Positions 36,486 to 46,336 of a DNA stretch of 64,000 nt are shown one piece after another. Positions within the stretch are counted from its first letter, which is position 1, and every line of letters starts with the position of its first letter. The notes beneath the pieces were generated by a model that was not told the DNA's origin, did no database searches, and saw nothing but the letters and a program-made list of their open reading frames with translations. The DNA comes from Armatimonadota bacterium (GTDB lineage Bacteria; Armatimonadota; UBA10988): NCBI GenBank assembly GCA_016235455.1, contig JACRKZ010000102.1:7744-71743 (forward strand), given 5' to 3'. The position numbers and the translations under genes are program-made.

Positions 36486-37706
36486 TCAGCCGCCGATCGG
36501 CGTGCGGCCGAGGTCGGCCAGCGCCGCCATCTCGGCAGCGGTCAGCGCGCGCCCGAACACCGCCACGCCGCCGATGTAGCCCGTGAAGCCCACCGACCGG
36601 CCCATGTGAACCACACGGCCGATGGTGAACGGCCCGCCCAGCTCCGGGCTCGACGGCGTGTGGATGTCGTAGGGGAACCACCACGGGTTCTTGCGCACCG
36701 CCACCAGCTCGCGGCCCGCCTCGGTCCAGGCGTCGCCGGCGCGGCGCAGCGTGACCTTGATCTTGGAGTACGGGTACTCGCGCAGCTCGACACGCTCGGC
36801 GTCAGTCTCGCTGACGACGTTGACGCTGACCGTCTTGGTCTCCGGCGGTCGGTAGCGCTGGTCCGGCGGGCAGGCCGGCGCGCCCGACCAGGCGCCGGTC
36901 ACGAAGCGGTCGCGGATGGGCGCTTCGTCCCAGCGCGGGCTGACCACGCCGTTGAGCCAGGCGGCGGCCTCGTCGCGCTCGTTGTCGAAGGTCAGACCGA
37001 TCGTCGACCACGAGCGGCCGAGCACTTCGGGCGGCGAGTCGCCCGGCACGGTGGCCATTAACGCACCGGTGGTCGGCTTGTGGTGGGCGTAGATGTCGCC
37101 AAACGACGCGGCGCCGTTCTCCGAAACGTGGCCGCAGGCCGCGCCGGGATACTCCAGCCCGGCGAACAACGCGTACTGCCTCATGCCGCGCTGCACCTTG
37201 GCCGCGGCGCCTTCGTGCCGGAGGTCGGTGCCCTCGTGCCAGATGCCGGCGACGGCATGGTTGCCGCTCTCGCGGATGACCCAGGCGACAAGCGTCACAC
37301 TACGGCCAGGGCCCTTGATGTCCAGGTCGCTGTCGTGAAAGCGCGCCCGCGGTAGGACGAGCATCGGCCGGAAGTCGCGGTCGGTCTCGGCGCGCAGGCG
37401 GATGGCCTGGCCGAACGGGCCACGGCCGAGCAGCGGGAAGTCGTCGTATGTGGCCTCGCGCCCGGCGTTCCAGAACTCGCGCACGTAGTTGGCCGCATCG
37501 AGCGCGAAGCTGTTGGTCTCCCCCGGCGGCCGGTGAGCGACAAACCGGCGAGAGCCATCGGGTTCACGCTGCACGAAGTCCCACAGGGCGACGAACCCGG
37601 GGATCCGAGTGACAGTGGCGACACGGTCGGCGTAGCCGTCGGCCAGGACCGCCGAACAGAGCCCGGACAGTGTCAGCAACATCGCGCCCGTGCTGGACCT
37701 CATCGC
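36486..37706 (-). CDS. Secreted concanavalin-A-like (LamG-type) lectin/glucanase domain protein
   Basis: ORF trimmed to MRSSTGAMLLTLSGLCSAVLA. The C-terminus GYIGGVAVFGRALTAAEMAALA is typical of LamG_3 domains. Confidence 0.5.
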   Translation of the reverse strand, partial: AMRSSTGAMLLTLSGLCSAVLADGYADRVATVTRIPGFVALWDFVQREPDGSRRFVAHRPPGETNSFALDAANYVREFWNAGREATYDDFPLLGRGPFGQAIRLRAETDRDFRPMLVLPRARFHDSDLDIKGPGRSVTLVAWVIRESGNHAVAGIWHEGTDLRHEGAAAKVQRGMRQYALFAGLEYPGAACGHVSENGAASFGDIYAHHKPTTGALMATVPGDSPPEVLGRSWSTIGLTFDNERDEAAAWLNGVVSPRWDEAPIRDRFVTGAWSGAPACPPDQRYRPPETKTVSVNVVSETDAERVELREYPYSKIKVTLRRAGDAWTEAGRELVAVRKNPWWFPYDIHTPSSPELGGPFTIGRVVHMGRSVGFTGYIGGVAVFGRALTAAEMAALADLGRTPIGG

Positions 37707-40405
37707 GCCGCCCTCATCGTGACCGCCAACGGCGCTTCGCCCTCGGCGACCGCCACGCGCACCAAGCCGTTGCGGTGCGCGAGCAGGTCCGGCTCCAGCC
37801 GCCAATGCGGGCCGCTGAGCTCCACGGCCTGGCCATCGCGCTCGAGCCACAGCCGGTCGCCATCGTTGGCCACCGCCGTGTGCGTTTGGCCGTCGAACTC
37901 CAGGAAGGGCCAGCGCACGGTCCGCGCCCCGGCGCGCTGGAGCAGCAGTCCGTCGCGGCCGAGGGTGACCGTGTCGCCCCAGCCGTCGAAGGCGACCTCG
38001 AAGCGCACTTGCTCAGGGGTCTCGGCCAGGACGCGCGGTCGGCCCGCGGGGCAAGGTTCCTTGTCCAGCAACCCGTCGGACGGGCCCAGCAGCGGGTTGC
38101 CGCCGGCCAGGTGGACGCGGATCAGGCCACTGGGGTTGTACTTGCCATTGCCGTGGGTCATGTACTGCGCATACGTCCCGCCGGCGTTGGCGATGACCAT
38201 GTCGAACCGTGGCAGGACCACGGCGAACCCGCCGACATCGGCCGGCGCAGGCCCCTCGGCGATGCTGTCATCGGCCATCTGCCACGCGGCGCAGAGCTTG
38301 GTGCAGGCCAGCAGGTTGTAGTTGACGTGCTCGGAGTAGCCTTCGTAGCCGAACCGGGCCTCGATGGGGTAACGGTTCTTGACCACATAGCCCGAGCCGT
38401 CGGCGCGAATCCAGCGTGCCACAGCGCCCAACGCCAGCCGCGCGCCGCGCTTGAAGGCCGTGGCCAGGGCTGGTTGACCGGCGGCGGCGTAGTGCCGGGC
38501 GTAAGTCTCGTAGACCGTGGTCAGCTCAGCCTCGTTCCAGATATGTTGCGCGCTGCGGTAGCCTGTGGGCAGCTCGCCCGACGGCGACTGGATGAGCAGC
38601 GAGGTCCAGGCCCCGCGCTGGCAGGCGTCGCGGTAGAACTCGTCGCGCAGACCGTGGTGCAGCATGCCGGTGAGGAAGTAGCGGCTGAAGGCGTCGTAGG
38701 CGAACGGCGCGCCACCTTCCAGGTACAGTCCCTCGGCGGTGATGTGTGGCCGCTGACGGGCCAGCGCACTGGTCACGTAGGCGGGGTCCACCAGGCCCTG
38801 CCGGGCGCGCAGGAACTCGCCCGCGGCGTGAACCAACTGCCAGTTGTTGCCGGGGTTGTCGTAGGTGGCATAGGTCTTGGCCGGGTCGATGGCGGCCAGG
38901 GCCCGGCGCCATGCCGCGAGCCGCTGGGTGGGTGCCACCAGTTCAAACTGCTCCAGCGCCAACATGACCGGGTAGATGTAGAAGTCGGGATGCCGGTCGC
39001 GGAAGGCGGTGAGCCCTTTGGCCAGGGCGTTGACACTGTAGTCCATGGCCAACATGCCCGAGGCCAGCAGATCGGCGTCGGTGTCGTAGCCGCTGGCCGC
39101 CAGCGTGGCCACGCAGTGGGCGTAGCACGGCGCGGCGTAGTAGGTCTTGCCCGACACCGGGTCGGGCAACTCGCCGTTGGGCGCCTGGTAGCGGCGCAGC
39201 GCGCGTACCTGGCCGTCCACGATGCGCAGGTAGTCGTTGCGGCCCAGGCCGGTGGGAGTGAAGCCGTCGACACGGTCGCGGCCGGCGAGGTAGCGGTCGA
39301 TCTGGGCTTGCAGCGGATGAGGCGCGCTGCCGATCAGCGACTCCGGTTGCTCCAACTTCACCATCTCGCTCCCGGCCAGCAACAAGGTGCCCGTGACATA
39401 CTCGTGGCTGTCGCCGGCCTTCACCGGCGCCGGCCGGTCACCGACCAACTGGCCCCATTGCACTTTGCCGTCGTCGGCGACGGAGCGCAGGAGCCCATCC
39501 CAGGCCCGACGCGCGCTCGACAGGTAGGTGGCTCGGTTGAGCAGGCCGCGATTGAGCCCCCAGGCCAGCCCATGGCAGAAGAAGCCCGTGCCGCTGGATT
39601 CGCCCATGGTGAACTGCGCGGGATCGTCCAGGTTCGGCCGCCACAGTCCGTCATCGCCCTGGCACTTGACCAACGCCGCGGCCATGGTTCTGAACAGCGC
39701 GACATAGCGCGGTCGCTGCGGGTCGTTGGCGGGCAGGTGCTCCAGGAGCCGCGCCAGCCCAGCAAACGCCCAGCCGTTACCGCGCGACCACAGCACCCGG
39801 CGGCCCCGGGGCGTGCGCTGACCGGCGAAGCGCTCGTCGCGGTAATACAGACCGACCTCCTTGTCGAAGATCGCGTCGGTGACGTCCCAGAAGAAGGCGT
39901 GCATCCACTCGCGATAGCGCGGGTCGCCCGTCTGTTCGGCCAGCATGGCCAGGCCGGCGGCGCCGTAGAGCGAATCGGCATAGTGCCGGCCGCCTTCGAG
40001 GTACCACAGGCGCGCGCCGGACGGCGAGTTCGGCGCCACGGTGTCGAGCCACCGGATAGCCGGCGCCAGGGCGAACGGGTTGTGGGTGGCGGCGGCGAGT
40101 TCGGCCCAGGTCTGCACGCAGAACAGGCGGTTGGCACCGCCTGACTCGGTGCCCACCTGCCACTGGTGCAGTTCGGCCCAGTCGCGCGCCTGCTTGAGGT
40201 AGGCGGCCTCGCCCGTGGCGCGCCACGCCGCCAACACGCCGGTGTACCACGTGGCGCGCTCCCAGTTGCGGTTGCCCGCGGGCATGACGGGATGCGCCAG
40301 TTGCCAGGCGTTGGCCCGGCGCATGACCGCGGCGATGTCGTCGGGCCGCGCGGTCTGCGCACCGGCCGTGGCCACCAGCAGAACGAGAGCCAGTGTGGCG
40401 CGCAT
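37700..40405 (-). CDS. GH88/GH105-like unsaturated uronyl hydrolase N-terminal (alpha/alpha)6 domain fused to large C-terminal domains (901 aa)
   Basis: Signal MRATLALVLLVATAGAQ. GLYYRDERF...VLWSRGNGWAFAGLARLLEHLP resembles the conserved WSRGQ-AW region of the GH105/GH88 six-hairpin hydrolases. The C-terminal 500 aa are unassigned. Confidence 0.5.
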   Translation of the reverse strand: MRATLALVLLVATAGAQTARPDDIAAVMRRANAWQLAHPVMPAGNRNWERATWYTGVLAAWRATGEAAYLKQARDWAELHQWQVGTESGGANRLFCVQTWAELAAATHNPFALAPAIRWLDTVAPNSPSGARLWYLEGGRHYADSLYGAAGLAMLAEQTGDPRYREWMHAFFWDVTDAIFDKEVGLYYRDERFAGQRTPRGRRVLWSRGNGWAFAGLARLLEHLPANDPQRPRYVALFRTMAAALVKCQGDDGLWRPNLDDPAQFTMGESSGTGFFCHGLAWGLNRGLLNRATYLSSARRAWDGLLRSVADDGKVQWGQLVGDRPAPVKAGDSHEYVTGTLLLAGSEMVKLEQPESLIGSAPHPLQAQIDRYLAGRDRVDGFTPTGLGRNDYLRIVDGQVRALRRYQAPNGELPDPVSGKTYYAAPCYAHCVATLAASGYDTDADLLASGMLAMDYSVNALAKGLTAFRDRHPDFYIYPVMLALEQFELVAPTQRLAAWRRALAAIDPAKTYATYDNPGNNWQLVHAAGEFLRARQGLVDPAYVTSALARQRPHITAEGLYLEGGAPFAYDAFSRYFLTGMLHHGLRDEFYRDACQRGAWTSLLIQSPSGELPTGYRSAQHIWNEAELTTVYETYARHYAAAGQPALATAFKRGARLALGAVARWIRADGSGYVVKNRYPIEARFGYEGYSEHVNYNLLACTKLCAAWQMADDSIAEGPAPADVGGFAVVLPRFDMVIANAGGTYAQYMTHGNGKYNPSGLIRVHLAGGNPLLGPSDGLLDKEPCPAGRPRVLAETPEQVRFEVAFDGWGDTVTLGRDGLLLQRAGARTVRWPFLEFDGQTHTAVANDGDRLWLERDGQAVELSGPHWRLEPDLLAHRNGLVRVAVAEGEAPLAVTMRAAR

Positions 40406-40685
40406 GGGCTCAACCTCCGATGGCCGCGAATTTGCCGTTCAGCACGGCCAAGCCTGCCCGGCGCTGGCCTGCCGGGTCGACAGGCCGGGCCAGGAGGCCG
40501 GTGCGGCCGGCGTCTGACCGGTTGGTAGGGACAGCCATGGTCGCGGCTCCGAGCGTGTGGTTGGGCCGCATGGTAGCACCTGGCCACGCCGCTGGCCAGA
40601 CGTCGGCGGATGGCGCCACGGACAGGCGTGCACAGGCGGCCCCGAGGTGCGGGGCTCCTGACGGCGGTCGTCGCGGCTCACCGCA

Positions 40686-42884
40686 TCAGCGCACTATCTC
40701 CACCGCGATGGCCGGCAACGCGCCCAACGGCACGCGCAACTTGTCGTCGGGGATCGGCGGACCGCCCGCGGGCTGTCGTTGCTCGGCGGACACCAGCACG
40801 ATCAGGTTGCCGAGCCAGCCGACCGGGCAGCGGCCGGCCTCGGCGCTCAGCGTCAGCATCGACGGCGAGAGCGTGGCCACCGACACGCCGGCCGGCGGCT
40901 CAAGCAGCTCGAACGCGACGTTGCCGAGCGCCGGGGGCAGCGGCAAGACCACGCCAACGCGAGCGCTGCCGCCGGCGCGCAACAGGACCGGCTCGTCGCT
41001 GGCGAGCTGCATCCGGGCGTCGGGCCGCGACCGCCCGACCACCGCCGCCAGCAGGTCTTGGGCCGGCACCAGATGGCGGTAGGAGAAGGCCTGCGTCTGG
41101 TTGTCCGCGGGCACGGCGGCACGGCTCGTCTGGTGACCGGCGATCACGGCGCGACCGGCGATGCGCAGGCCAAACGGCTCCGGCCACACCTGCGTCGGCG
41201 CCGACACCGTGAACGTCACGCGATCCTGCCCGCTGGGGATGACCGCGCCGGTGACTGCGCAGCCACGTGGCGCGTCGACCAGGGTGAGGGCGATGTCGCC
41301 ATCGAAGCCGTCGCGCCGCTGGGCGAAAGCAGTCACCGGCACGTTGGCGCCGCCGCGCATGGTCAGGCTGGAGGGCGTCACGCGCAGCTCGAAGTCCGGC
41401 CGAGGCGCGCTGAGCCGCAGGCGATAGCGCCACGCCGGGCCGCCGGCCTGCTGCGCGTCGCCCAGTTCCAGCGTGTAGCGGCCCGTGACCGGCAAGGTCA
41501 GCATCAGGTAGGAATCCGCATGGTGCGTCTGCAGACCGGCGGCCTGGTCGTCGCGGTCGTCGTTGGCCGCGATGAGCTGGCCGGTCGGGTCGCGCAGCCG
41601 CAGAACCGAATCGATCGGCGAGTCGAGCCGGCGCCCGTAGACTTCGGCCACCAGTGCCTGGCCGGCGCGCCCCTCGACGGCGAAGCAGTCCCAGTCGCCC
41701 GGCGCATCGAGGCGGCCGTTGACCATGGCCGGCAGGCTCACCGACCGGGCCTGGTCGGGCGTGTCGTTGGGCTCGCGCTCATCGAGTTCGGGCAGGGCGT
41801 CGGCCTGCATGGGCAGCTCGTTGGCCTGCGGCCAGGCCTGCCAGGACTGGAGGCCGGGCGCCTGCGCCAGCGGCTGCCAGTCGACGGGATTGGCGGGCAG
41901 GTTCCAGCCGTCGAGTCGCACGGTGGTGGGCTGACCCAGCCGGCCACCGGCGGGGAAGGCGCCGGTGACGAACGGCAACTCGCCCAGCGTGACGCGGTAG
42001 ACGAAGTCCTCGCGCCCGCGGTACAGCGAGTCGCGCAGGTCCAGACGATAGGTGCCATCGGCGGGGATCTGGTAGCCAAGGACCGGATCGGGCCGGAACA
42101 GGTAGTTGTCGGCATGGGCCACTTCGCGGCCGGCGGGGTCGTAGAGCGTGGCCGTGGCCTGGAGCCAGCCGGGCACGGCGTCGGCGATGTAGGGGATCAG
42201 ATCACGCGCCTTGACGGCCACGGTGAGCCGCTGGCCGGCGCGCGCGGCGAAGCGGTAGTGATCGACGCAGCCGGGTGAGAGCTGGCCGTTGAGCACCAGC
42301 GGCGGCGTCACGTCGACCGGCGCGGGATCGGCGTCATTGGCGGCCGCCATGCTGTCGCGACCCATCGGCACGTCCTTCCAGTCGGGCTTGCGATATTCCG
42401 GCAGGTCGCCTACCCAGAAGGCGCGTGGGTTGGTCAGCCCGGCGCGCGTCAGCAGCCGCACCTCGTGCCGGCCCACGGTGGCATCGGCGGCGATGGTCAC
42501 ACGTAGCGTGATGAACTCGCCCAGAGACGGGTTGGACAGCCGCCGACCAAAAGCGGTCAGCGTGCTCTTGATGGCATCGACCTGCGCTCGCTCTTCGGCC
42601 GTCAGCCGCATGCCGTCGCGCAGCTTGGCCTGCAGCCGGCCCAGCCGGTCGCGCAGATCACGTTGCTCTTCGGGCGTCACCTGCCGCGCCTGCGCCAGCA
42701 CCGCTGCCTGCACGCCGCCGCCGACGAACAGGACGGCGACGGGATCGTTGAGATCGGCGCCGCCGACAACGGCCGAGAAGCTCGTGCCGCGTTGGCCGCC
42801 GGCCGGGTAGACATAGCCCAGCCGCGGCTCTCGAGCCGCAGCCACCGTCACCATCAGCAGGACCAGCCCGACACAGCTTCGCAT
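40686..42884 (-). CDS. Secreted protein with multiple pre-peptidase C-terminal (PPC)-like domains
   Basis: ORF trimmed to MRSCVGLVLLMVTVAAA (cat verified at 42882-42884). Three or more repeats contain the D-x-Y-R/x-F ... G-x-Y-x-L pattern (VDHYRFAARAGQRLTV...GTYRLDL; DWDCFAVEGRAGQ...GRYTLEL). Confidence 0.45.
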   Translation of the reverse strand: MRSCVGLVLLMVTVAAAREPRLGYVYPAGGQRGTSFSAVVGGADLNDPVAVLFVGGGVQAAVLAQARQVTPEEQRDLRDRLGRLQAKLRDGMRLTAEERAQVDAIKSTLTAFGRRLSNPSLGEFITLRVTIAADATVGRHEVRLLTRAGLTNPRAFWVGDLPEYRKPDWKDVPMGRDSMAAANDADPAPVDVTPPLVLNGQLSPGCVDHYRFAARAGQRLTVAVKARDLIPYIADAVPGWLQATATLYDPAGREVAHADNYLFRPDPVLGYQIPADGTYRLDLRDSLYRGREDFVYRVTLGELPFVTGAFPAGGRLGQPTTVRLDGWNLPANPVDWQPLAQAPGLQSWQAWPQANELPMQADALPELDEREPNDTPDQARSVSLPAMVNGRLDAPGDWDCFAVEGRAGQALVAEVYGRRLDSPIDSVLRLRDPTGQLIAANDDRDDQAAGLQTHHADSYLMLTLPVTGRYTLELGDAQQAGGPAWRYRLRLSAPRPDFELRVTPSSLTMRGGANVPVTAFAQRRDGFDGDIALTLVDAPRGCAVTGAVIPSGQDRVTFTVSAPTQVWPEPFGLRIAGRAVIAGHQTSRAAVPADNQTQAFSYRHLVPAQDLLAAVVGRSRPDARMQLASDEPVLLRAGGSARVGVVLPLPPALGNVAFELLEPPAGVSVATLSPSMLTLSAEAGRCPVGWLGNLIVLVSAEQRQPAGGPPIPDDKLRVPLGALPAIAVEIVR

Positions 42885-43194
42885 GGTGTCTCTGACCTCC
42901 AGCAGCCCCATAGACGCCGTGATGCCGAACTCGGGCTTGCGATCCTGTTAACTGCGGTCGACAGGCGCGGGCGGTCGAGCGCGCGATCGCCAACGACCAA
43001 GGTAGCGGCGGCCACAAGGCGAGGCGTGGCCAAGGGTCTGTCGATGCGATCGCGGCTGATGCTGGTCACGACCGCCCCACCCCGGGATGTTGGCCGCGCG
43101 GATTGCCACGCGGACCGGCGCGCTGCCGCGTTTGGCCTTGCGGTGCTGTTGCACTTGGCTAGGATACGATCGACACACGCCTCGGAGGATCGTC

Positions 43195-43446
43195 ATGTGC
43201 GCCTCGCGCCTATGGGCCATCGTGGCCGGCGCGGCCACGCTCGCGCTGGCCGCCTTCTTCACCGTTCTGCTGCTGGTCAAGACCCTGTGGGCTTGGACCA
43301 TCCCCGACCTCTTCCCCGGCGCTGTGCGGCAGGGCCTGGTGGCCGGCTCCATCTCCTGGCTCACGGCCATGAAGGTGGCGCTGTTCGTGGCCATCTTGTC
43401 GGGGTTCAGCCGCGGTCAGGACGGCCTCCGAACCGGGTCGGCCTAG
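43195..43446 (+). CDS. Small membrane protein (83 aa)
   Basis: ORF 43087..43446 trimmed to the ATG at 43195, giving MCASRLWAIVAGAATLALAAFFTVLLLV ... two hydrophobic helices. No family assigned. Confidence 0.3.
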   Translation: MCASRLWAIVAGAATLALAAFFTVLLLVKTLWAWTIPDLFPGAVRQGLVAGSISWLTAMKVALFVAILSGFSRGQDGLRTGSA

Positions 43447-43483
43447 GCACGGCCGGTGCACTGTTTCTGGGTGAGATCCGGTC

Positions 43484-46225
43484 CTACTCGACGGTCAGCG
43501 CCAGATCATCCAGCTCACAGGAGCCGGCCACGTTGCCGGCGCAGATGAACATGACGCGGCTGAGCGTCTGGAAATCGTCGGCCAGCGGCACCTCGGCCCG
43601 CTGCTCGCGGCCGTCGGGCCAGGTCGCCGTGACGACGGCTCGCCGCGCGTCGGCCCGGCCCAGCGTGAACCGCACGCTCAGCCGCAGCCACTCGCCCGGC
43701 GAGAGCTGGCCGAGCGTCTGGCCGCCGGCCGTGACCCGGCCATCGCCGTTGACCTGCGCGCTAGGCCCACCGGCGAACTCGCGGCCGGTCTTGGGCTGGT
43801 AGTCGCGGAACTCGAAGGACACGCCGCACGGCGCGCCGGGCTCGGTTCGCACGCGGCCCGACAGTGTCACCGTGCCCGACGGCACCGGCCTGGCCAGCGT
43901 GTGCGACAGATACGGCAGGAATGAGCGCGTCGCCAGCACCGTGTCCGTCAGTCGCAGGCAGCGCCGGCCCTCCGCCGCCACCGCGTCGGTGACCCCGACA
44001 TCGGCCTGCCGCCCATCGGCCACCGCGACGACGAACTCGCGCGGCACCATGCCCACGGGCACATCCTCCAGGCTCAGCCGGAACCCCGGCACAGGCTCGG
44101 GAATGGCCGCCGGCTTCATCGCGTAGACCGGCGGCGGGGTCACGCGTACCGGCGCGGCCACGTCGCGGTAGTCCGCGCCGCGCCCCGCCTGGCTGGGATC
44201 GAACGGTACGAAGCCCAAGGCCAGGGCCGGCGACCCGGGCTTGAGCCGGAAGTCGCCGTGCGCCGGATCGACAAACAGCGGATCGGCTCTGACCGAGCCC
44301 TGGTCCTGCCCGAGCGCCTGCCATTCGGCCCAGGTCTTGCCCGCGAAGCCCAACGGCAGGCCGGCGGCGTTCCAGTACAGGTTCCCGCGACAGGCCATCA
44401 GCCCCAGCGGCCACACGGCATCAACCAGGTTGGGGCTGGTCGTGTAGCACAGGTTGCGCTCGAAGACGTTGGCCTTGGCGTACGGATTGGCGTAGCTGCG
44501 CACGAACGGCGCGGATTCGCCGTGCACCGGCCCGAAGATGTTGTTGCGAATGGTGTTCTGTGCGCCGCCGTTGATGTTGAACCCGTGCGTGCCCACGTTG
44601 TAGTCGAGGTTGTTCTCGACCAGCATCTCCGACGACCCTTCATCGAGATACAGGCCCAGTTGCCAGTGTTCCCGAGCGTGCGGGCCCTGCCGGTTGTCGT
44701 AGAGCACGTTGCCGGCGATGACCGTCCCCGGCTGTCGGCCGAGCGTATAGATGCTAGCGCCATCGGCCAGCAGCGACACGACGTTGTGAATGCGGTTGTA
44801 CTCGATGCGGTTGCCTCCGCAGGCGGTGGGCTGGTCGCTCCAGTTCCAGCCCACGGCAATGCCCGAATACGGGAAGTTCCAGATTTCGTTGTGCGCGATG
44901 ACCGTGTTGCGTACGATGCCGGCCCAGATCGCGTTGGCCGAGTAGTACATCAGCCCGCCGTCGGAGACCGCGCAGTTCTCGATGCGGTTGCCCGTCGGCA
45001 CTTCCGGCGCGGTGGCATCGCCCTTCATGGCAATATCGCCGATCTTGATGCCGCCGCCGCCCAGGTCATACAGCCGGCAGCCCGAGACACGATCGTCGGC
45101 GCAGCCCAGGCCCAGGCCGAGACCGTAGTTGCCGGTCTGCGCGATGGTGCAGCGCTCCCACACGCAGCCGCGCGCGCCGACCGCCTCGACCGCGGCGGGC
45201 AGGTCGGGCTGGGCCTGGGAGCCGCCGTAGCCCTCACGCGGCAACGGGGTCTCGGTGTGCGAGAACGTCAGCCGCTCGAACCGCACGTGGTCGACGAACC
45301 GGCCCTTGGCCCAGTCGCCCGCGAGCCGCAGCACACGGTCGAGCCGGGGCGCCACCAGTCGCGTGTCGGCCAGCGCCTCGCCTGGCAGGGGCAGGTAGGT
45401 CAGCGTCCCGGTCGGCCGATCCAGATACCACTCGCCCGGCTCGCGCAGCGCCTCGGCCACGTTCTCCACGTAGTAAGGGTTGTGTGGCCCGACCTGGCCG
45501 ATGGCGAAGGTCGGCAGGCCGGTGAACTCGACGATGCGGCTGGCTTCGTCGACGCGCGCGATGCGCAGGCGCGACGAACTCCACATGTGCAGCGCCACTA
45601 CCTCCACATCGTCCAGGTTGCGCCAGGGCCGAATGTCGCCGGCGAAGTAGACGAAGTCCTTCTGTGCCGCGCGGTGCGCCGCGGCTACGCGCCGGGGCGA
45701 GTAGGTCAGCTGGTCCACGGCCAACATGCCGAGATGCGGCCGGTAGCGCCGCTGATAGGGCCCGTTGCCCGTCGAGACGAACAGCTGCCGGAAGGTCCAC
45801 TGGCCCGCCGCCACCTCGGGCAGCGTGACGGTCCACTGGCGCCGGCCGCCGACCGTGCTCTCGCGCAACCCGCTCAGCGCGCGGCCGCCGCTGATCACCG
45901 GGCGCTCGTCGCGATAGGCGCGCCACACGGTCGGCGCCGCGGCCGTGCCGGAGTCCTCCGGCCCCAAGGTCCACGGCGCGTCCAGCGCGTAGGTCCCGCC
46001 GCGCAGCTCCACCGCCACCGGTCGGGCGGCGGCGCGCACTGCCTGCTGAGCGCGCCCGAGCGTGGCGAACGGACCATCGGTACCCGCGGCGTTGGCGGCC
46101 GGCAGCCGGCCCGACCAGGCGTCGCGGCCGGCGGGCGCCACGTAGAAGGTGGTCTGGCCCAGCGCGGCGACGGCACACAAGCCGGCGCACAACAGCGCTC
46201 GCGCGGGCAGTGGTATCGTGATCAT
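43484..46225 (-). CDS. Secreted right-handed parallel beta-helix protein (polysaccharide hydrolase/lyase-like), paralogue of 33279..36410
   Basis: ORF trimmed to MITIPLPARALLCAGLCAVAALGQTT (cat verified at 46223-46225). Beta-helix repeats: NCAVSDGGLMYYSANAIWAG, NTVIAHNEIWNFPYSGIAVGWNW, NRIEYNRIHN. Shares the YYVENVAEALREPGEWYLDRPTGTLTYLP block with the other paralogue. Confidence 0.55.
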   Translation of the reverse strand: MITIPLPARALLCAGLCAVAALGQTTFYVAPAGRDAWSGRLPAANAAGTDGPFATLGRAQQAVRAAARPVAVELRGGTYALDAPWTLGPEDSGTAAAPTVWRAYRDERPVISGGRALSGLRESTVGGRRQWTVTLPEVAAGQWTFRQLFVSTGNGPYQRRYRPHLGMLAVDQLTYSPRRVAAAHRAAQKDFVYFAGDIRPWRNLDDVEVVALHMWSSSRLRIARVDEASRIVEFTGLPTFAIGQVGPHNPYYVENVAEALREPGEWYLDRPTGTLTYLPLPGEALADTRLVAPRLDRVLRLAGDWAKGRFVDHVRFERLTFSHTETPLPREGYGGSQAQPDLPAAVEAVGARGCVWERCTIAQTGNYGLGLGLGCADDRVSGCRLYDLGGGGIKIGDIAMKGDATAPEVPTGNRIENCAVSDGGLMYYSANAIWAGIVRNTVIAHNEIWNFPYSGIAVGWNWSDQPTACGGNRIEYNRIHNVVSLLADGASIYTLGRQPGTVIAGNVLYDNRQGPHAREHWQLGLYLDEGSSEMLVENNLDYNVGTHGFNINGGAQNTIRNNIFGPVHGESAPFVRSYANPYAKANVFERNLCYTTSPNLVDAVWPLGLMACRGNLYWNAAGLPLGFAGKTWAEWQALGQDQGSVRADPLFVDPAHGDFRLKPGSPALALGFVPFDPSQAGRGADYRDVAAPVRVTPPPVYAMKPAAIPEPVPGFRLSLEDVPVGMVPREFVVAVADGRQADVGVTDAVAAEGRRCLRLTDTVLATRSFLPYLSHTLARPVPSGTVTLSGRVRTEPGAPCGVSFEFRDYQPKTGREFAGGPSAQVNGDGRVTAGGQTLGQLSPGEWLRLSVRFTLGRADARRAVVTATWPDGREQRAEVPLADDFQTLSRVMFICAGNVAGSCELDDLALTVE

Positions 46226-46289
46226 CGGGGTGGCTCCGCGGGCCGCCTTCGCCGTCGGGCTCAGCACATCCTTCCGCGGCGCCGGACAG

Positions 46290-46320
46290 GTCGAACCGGA
46301 TCATGACATCCGGTGTCTTC
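46290..46320 (+). promoter_or_regulatory. Candidate ECF-type promoter (GAACC-N17/18-GTC) upstream of the sigma gene
   Basis: tcGAACCggatcatgacatccggtGTCttc lies 20-45 nt upstream of the ATG at 46337. It resembles AAC-N16/17-CGTC autoregulated ECF promoters but with slightly long spacing. Speculative. Confidence 0.2.
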
Positions 46321-46336
46321 ACTTCGGAAACGGTCG

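Noticed and set aside
36401-36586. Short ORFs in the 36410-36486 spacer and other sub-100-aa track ORFs
   Set aside because: They overlap gene ends or antisense regions, and none has a signal, motif or conserved-looking composition.
37670-40144. 824-aa plus-strand ORF, and similar long antisense ORFs at 5346..7193, 18462..19718, 44258..46306, 46774..49092(-), 57481..59142 and 59164..60681
   Set aside because: Each overlaps a gene on the opposite strand with recognisable domains. Stop-codon depletion in ~70% GC DNA generates these frames, and none has domain signatures.
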